From the NCBI GenBank assembly GCA_036396535.1, contig DASWKR010000028.1, positions 17,434-81,433 on the forward strand: 64,000 nt of DNA, written 5' to 3'. Position numbers and translations under genes: made by a program. Source of the stretch: Acidimicrobiia bacterium (GTDB lineage Bacteria > Actinomycetota > Acidimicrobiia > Spongiisociales > UBA5794). This document shows, in pieces, positions 60,591 to 64,000 of the stretch (its first letter is position 1; each line of letters starts with the position of its first letter). The notes under the pieces were generated by a model. That model worked only from the letters and a program-made list of their open reading frames with translations, did not search any database and was not told the DNA's origin.

Positions 60591-60619
60591 TCGACCAGCA
60601 ACCGTAGGTTGCTGGTCGA
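60591..60619. promoter_or_regulatory. perfect 29-nt palindrome TCGACCAGCAACC-GTA-GGTTGCTGGTCGA in the hutH/divergent-gene intergenic region; candidate dimeric-regulator operator or hairpin
   Basis: Read directly from the sequence: 13-bp arms, 3-nt centre. Confidence 0.5.
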
Positions 60620-60687
60620 AGCACTAGCCGAGCACCGAAGCCACGGAGAGGAGCCGGCGACTCGATGGGGCGCGTTAGCGTGACGGT

Positions 60688-61092
60688 ATGAGAACCGGCC
60701 GACGCGTGCTGCTCGTCCTGTGCGCTGCATTCTCGGTCGCCGCAGGGCTCATCCTCGCGGTAGGCACGGCGGTCATCTCGTCGCTGACGGGCGATGCCGC
60801 GGTGAGCGACACGGCGGGCATCGTCGCCGCGGGTGCCGCCGGAGCCGTCGGCGTGCTCGCTGCCGTCCTGTGGCGCAGCAGGGTCACCGAGCGGACCGTG
60901 ACCATCGCCCAGCTGCGCGCCACCATATTCGTCGCACTGGCGATCGCCGAGGTGGGGATGCTGCTCGGGCTCGTCTGGGGGTTCTTCTCGCAGTCGCCGG
61001 CGCCGCTGTGGACGGGTGCGGCGTTCTACGCGCTGTCGCTCGTCCTCGTCGCCACCGGCATCGCCAGGGCGGACGTGGCGCAGCTGCCATGA
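60688..61092 (+). CDS. hypothetical 4-TM membrane protein
   Basis: Hydrophobic helices throughout. It has an ATGA overlap with the downstream gene. Confidence 0.55.
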   Translation: MRTGRRVLLVLCAAFSVAAGLILAVGTAVISSLTGDAAVSDTAGIVAAGAAGAVGVLAAVLWRSRVTERTVTIAQLRATIFVALAIAEVGMLLGLVWGFFSQSPAPLWTGAAFYALSLVLVATGIARADVAQLP

Positions 61093-61574
61093 ACGATCTG
61101 CACGAGGGGCTGGCGCACCTGGCTTTCCTCGTCGGCACGTGGCGCGGGTCCGGTGTCGGGGTGTACCCGACGATCGAGACGTTCGAGTACCGAGAGGAGG
61201 TCGTCATCGGCCACATCGGCAAGCCGTTCCTCACGTACGCGCAACGCACCACCCGGGCCGGCTCCCACCCCGAGGCAGGCGTCCGACTCCACTCCGAGAC
61301 GGGGTACATCCGTCCCGCCGGCGCCACCGGGGTCGAGTTGGTCGTCGCTCAACCGACGGGCATCGTCGAGATCCACGAAGGGCGGCTGTCCGGGACGACG
61401 CTCGAGATCGAGCCGCGGCTCGTGGCGACCACGGCGACGGCCGTGGCCGTCTCACGCGTCGAACGGCGAGTGGTCGTCTCGGACGACGAGATGCGCTACG
61501 AGCTGTGGATGGAGGCCGTCGGCCAACCGCACCAGATCCACCTGGAAGCGACGCTCACCAGACGGGATTCCTGA
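61089..61574 (+). CDS. nitrobindin-like / THAP4-type heme-binding beta-barrel protein (DUF1794)
   Basis: The MNDLHEGLAHLAFLVGTWRGSGVG... GTWRG motif is characteristic of nitrobindin/FABP-like DUF1794. It is about 160 aa. Confidence 0.7.
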   Translation: MNDLHEGLAHLAFLVGTWRGSGVGVYPTIETFEYREEVVIGHIGKPFLTYAQRTTRAGSHPEAGVRLHSETGYIRPAGATGVELVVAQPTGIVEIHEGRLSGTTLEIEPRLVATTATAVAVSRVERRVVVSDDEMRYELWMEAVGQPHQIHLEATLTRRDS

Positions 61575-61580
61575 CGCCGG

Positions 61581-64000
61581 TCACAGCTTCTCAGCGATCC
61601 CTCCCTGTTCGCGTCCCCGAAACCCCTCGTACACCGACAACAGCTCGAGGCGTTGGGCGAGGGACTTCGGGTGCGATGTCTCGTGTTGCGCGAACCATTG
61701 CCGTACGTCGTCTGCCGACTCGGGATGCGTCAGCGCCCGCAGGCCTCGATGGAGGTTCTTGGCGATGGCCTCCGGGACGATCTCGTGAACCTCGTCCCAT
61801 CTCCGCTTCAGCTTGGCCCAAACCGCCGCGTTGACCCTGCGATTCGTCAACATCGTGGCGATGAGGCCCGGGGCGTCCTGGCTCCTGATCCTGCCGGCCA
61901 GCATCATGCGAAAGACCTCATCTGCCTGTCGCTCGTGCGGGAACGCCGCCAAGGAGTACAGGAATCGAACCTTGTCCTGAGGTGTGGCGGCGTTCTCGAA
62001 GCGCTCCACGAACCGATCGAAGTCGTCGTCCGTCCCATGCCAGGCGACGACACCGACGGCGGCGGCCGCCAAGTCCGGGTCGTGCGCTCCCCCGCCGTCC
62101 AAGATCGAGGAGACGATCGTCCTGCTCCTGTCGATCGCCTCGTCATGGTCGGCGAGCCGGCCCGCTGCGCGCAGGGCGGTCGCCCGCAGCTTGCGGACGA
62201 GGTCATCGTCGCCGTCGACCGGCGCCCACCCGAGGTCGACGAGCAGCGGCGTGAAGACGGCATCGGCCCTCGCCTTGAAGGCGTGGCGGGCAGCATCAGG
62301 GACGATCCTGTCGATCTCCGTCATCGCCGACTCGACGACGTCCCAAATCGCCGGCTGGCGCTCGTCCCCGAGGTTCTCGAGCAGATCGAGGAACACCTCC
62401 AGCCCGACGTCGCCCGACAGCACGAGCCCCCAGGTGTCGTCGACGAGCATGAATCGCTCCAGCGGAGCGAGGCGATCGTAGGCCTCGGATGTGGCGGCTC
62501 GGCAGGCATCGTCGTAGTCGACGAGGTAGAAGCCATGGCCGCCGGCGTTCACGATGATGGGCTCGTCAGACGTCACGACCGCCTGCTCCTCCAGCAACAG
62601 GCGGTGCGAGTCGGCCGATCCGACCGGTCGCCACAGCACGGGAACGATCCAGCGGCCTCCCGCCCCGCCATCGAGCAGCTCGAACTGCCGCTGGGTCAGG
62701 CGGTAGCCGCCTTCGATCTTGGCGACCCGGACGACGGGAAGCCCCCCCTGGAGGATCCAGGTGTCCATGATCGATCCGACCGGCTCCCCGCTCGCCTTCT
62801 CGAGCGCCTCCCACAAATCGACCGCCTCGGCATTTCCGTATTGGTGAGCCCGCAGGTAGTCGCCGACCCCGCGCCGGAAGGCCTCGTCGCCGACGTACTG
62901 CTCGAGCATCCTCAGCACCGACGCCCCTTTGTCGTACGTGAGGGCGTCGAACATCTCGTTGGCCTCGTCGGGGGTCGCCACCGGGAAGTCGATGGGCCGC
63001 GTCGCCGCCAAGGCGTCGATCTCCCTGGCCGAAGCGGCCTCCGTTCCGAAGTCGATCCATCGCCCCCACTCCGGCCGGCATGCATCCGTCGTCTTCAACT
63101 CCATGAAGGTGGCGAACGCCTCGTTGAGCCAGATGCCGTTCCACCATTTCATGGTGACGAGGTCGCCGAACCACATGTGGGCGATCTCGTGCGCGATCAC
63201 ATCGACGATTCGCTGCATCTCACGTTGTGTCGCACGTCTCGGATCGACGAGGAGCAGGTTCTCCCGGAACGTGACGCAGCCGAGGTTCTCCATGGCCCCC
63301 CAGGCGAAGTCCGGCACGGCCACGAGGTCGAGCTTGTCCCCCGGGTATGGAATGGCGTAGTAGTCCCGCAGGTAGCGCAGCGCAAACGCTCCGGCCGCCA
63401 GGGAGAAGCCGGTGAGCTCCCCCTTGCCGGGCTCGTGGACGATGCGAAGCGGCACACCGTCCACGTCGACGGCTTCGGTCGCCTCCAACTCGCCGACGAT
63501 CCACGCCAGGAGGTAAGTCGACATCTTCATCGTCTCCGCGAAGCGAACCTGTCGCCTGCCGTCCTCGCGGATCACGTCCTCGACGATGGAGCTGTTGCTG
63601 ACGACGAAGAGGTCGGGCTCAACGACGAGCGTGAGCGAGAACGTCGCCTTGATGTCCGGCTCGTCCCAGCACGGGAAGGCCCTCCTGGCATCGGTCGCCT
63701 CGAACTGGGTGACGCCGATCGTGCGCTCTTCGCCCTCCGCGTCGCGATACCGGGACCGGTAGAAACCTCGCAGTTGGTCGTTGAGGATGCCCCGAAACTC
63801 GATGTGCAGCCCATGGGGACCCGCCGGGAGGGGTTCGTCGAGCGTGAGGACGAGGCGTTGATCCTCGGCTTCGTGATCGGGCGTGAGAGTCGCTCCCGAG
63901 CCGACAACGGCGACCGCGTCGATCTCGAGCTCCGCTGCGTTCAGCTCGATTCGATCGACGGGTTCGACGACGTCCACGTCGATGACGACCGAGCCCGAGA
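61581..64000 (-). CDS. pepN: aminopeptidase N (M1 family), 5' end beyond window
   Basis: GAMEN, HEIAHMWFGDLVT plus NEAFATFME zinc motifs. The reading frame stays open past 63977 to the window edge, so the N-terminus is truncated by the window. Confidence 0.93.
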   Translation of the reverse strand, partial: SGSVVIDVDVVEPVDRIELNAAELEIDAVAVVGSGATLTPDHEAEDQRLVLTLDEPLPAGPHGLHIEFRGILNDQLRGFYRSRYRDAEGEERTIGVTQFEATDARRAFPCWDEPDIKATFSLTLVVEPDLFVVSNSSIVEDVIREDGRRQVRFAETMKMSTYLLAWIVGELEATEAVDVDGVPLRIVHEPGKGELTGFSLAAGAFALRYLRDYYAIPYPGDKLDLVAVPDFAWGAMENLGCVTFRENLLLVDPRRATQREMQRIVDVIAHEIAHMWFGDLVTMKWWNGIWLNEAFATFMELKTTDACRPEWGRWIDFGTEAASAREIDALAATRPIDFPVATPDEANEMFDALTYDKGASVLRMLEQYVGDEAFRRGVGDYLRAHQYGNAEAVDLWEALEKASGEPVGSIMDTWILQGGLPVVRVAKIEGGYRLTQRQFELLDGGAGGRWIVPVLWRPVGSADSHRLLLEEQAVVTSDEPIIVNAGGHGFYLVDYDDACRAATSEAYDRLAPLERFMLVDDTWGLVLSGDVGLEVFLDLLENLGDERQPAIWDVVESAMTEIDRIVPDAARHAFKARADAVFTPLLVDLGWAPVDGDDDLVRKLRATALRAAGRLADHDEAIDRSRTIVSSILDGGGAHDPDLAAAAVGVVAWHGTDDDFDRFVERFENAATPQDKVRFLYSLAAFPHERQADEVFRMMLAGRIRSQDAPGLIATMLTNRRVNAAVWAKLKRRWDEVHEIVPEAIAKNLHRGLRALTHPESADDVRQWFAQHETSHPKSLAQRLELLSVYEGFRGREQGGIAEKL

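Overview
This window is a high-GC actinobacterial chromosomal segment (probably Acidimicrobiia or Actinomycetes), and most of it is conserved housekeeping sequence with only small accessory patches; no single cluster stands out as an obvious novel system, and the best candidates are listed in the findings. All positions I derived by hand from the printed sequence may be off by about 1 nt; where possible I used the ORF-track coordinates.

The first 10 kb reproduces the mycobacterial clpC1-lysS-coaX-panC-folK-folP-ftsH-hpt-tilS neighbourhood. The window opens with the 5' end of clpC, followed by a polyprenyl diphosphate synthase where mycobacteria carry lsr2. panD, folB and folE are missing from this segment, and an unknown protein sits in the folB position.

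The next stretch, all on the minus strand, holds a Zincin_2 metalloprotease, a small secreted/anchored protein, the sigH-rshA (sigR-rsrA) operon with a third small zinc-ribbon ORF, then tRNA-Thr(CGT).

The tRNA is followed by a truncated ParE/RelE toxin remnant, a 6-TM class III nucleotide cyclase and a MazF/RHH-antitoxin pair with an AT-rich operator. Beyond that come a membrane protein and a sugar ABC transporter (substrate-binding protein plus two permeases).

Positions 21.6–31.2 kb contain plsC, holB, tmk, an MFS transporter, topA (with a Lys-rich C-terminal tail), a GT4 glycosyltransferase fused in an operon with a tandem histidine-phosphatase protein, and two small divergent ORFs.

Positions 31.2–41.1 kb contain the H+-pyrophosphatase, trkH with two trkA genes, an LCP protein, a DEAD/DUF1998 (MrfA-like) helicase and an AKKA-repeat histone-like protein.

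A complete Tad/Flp pilus locus follows. The 55-aa Flp pilin gene in it is below the ORF-track size cutoff.

The rest of the window contains:
- a GAF-type sensor histidine kinase translationally coupled to a HAD phosphatase with no response regulator
- an MFS/ArsR pair
- leuCD
- a repeat-protein/Ig-like-lipoprotein patch
- a GDPD
- the hutH/hutU/hutI cluster interrupted by a CsbD-like gene
- a nitrobindin-like protein
- the 5'-truncated pepN
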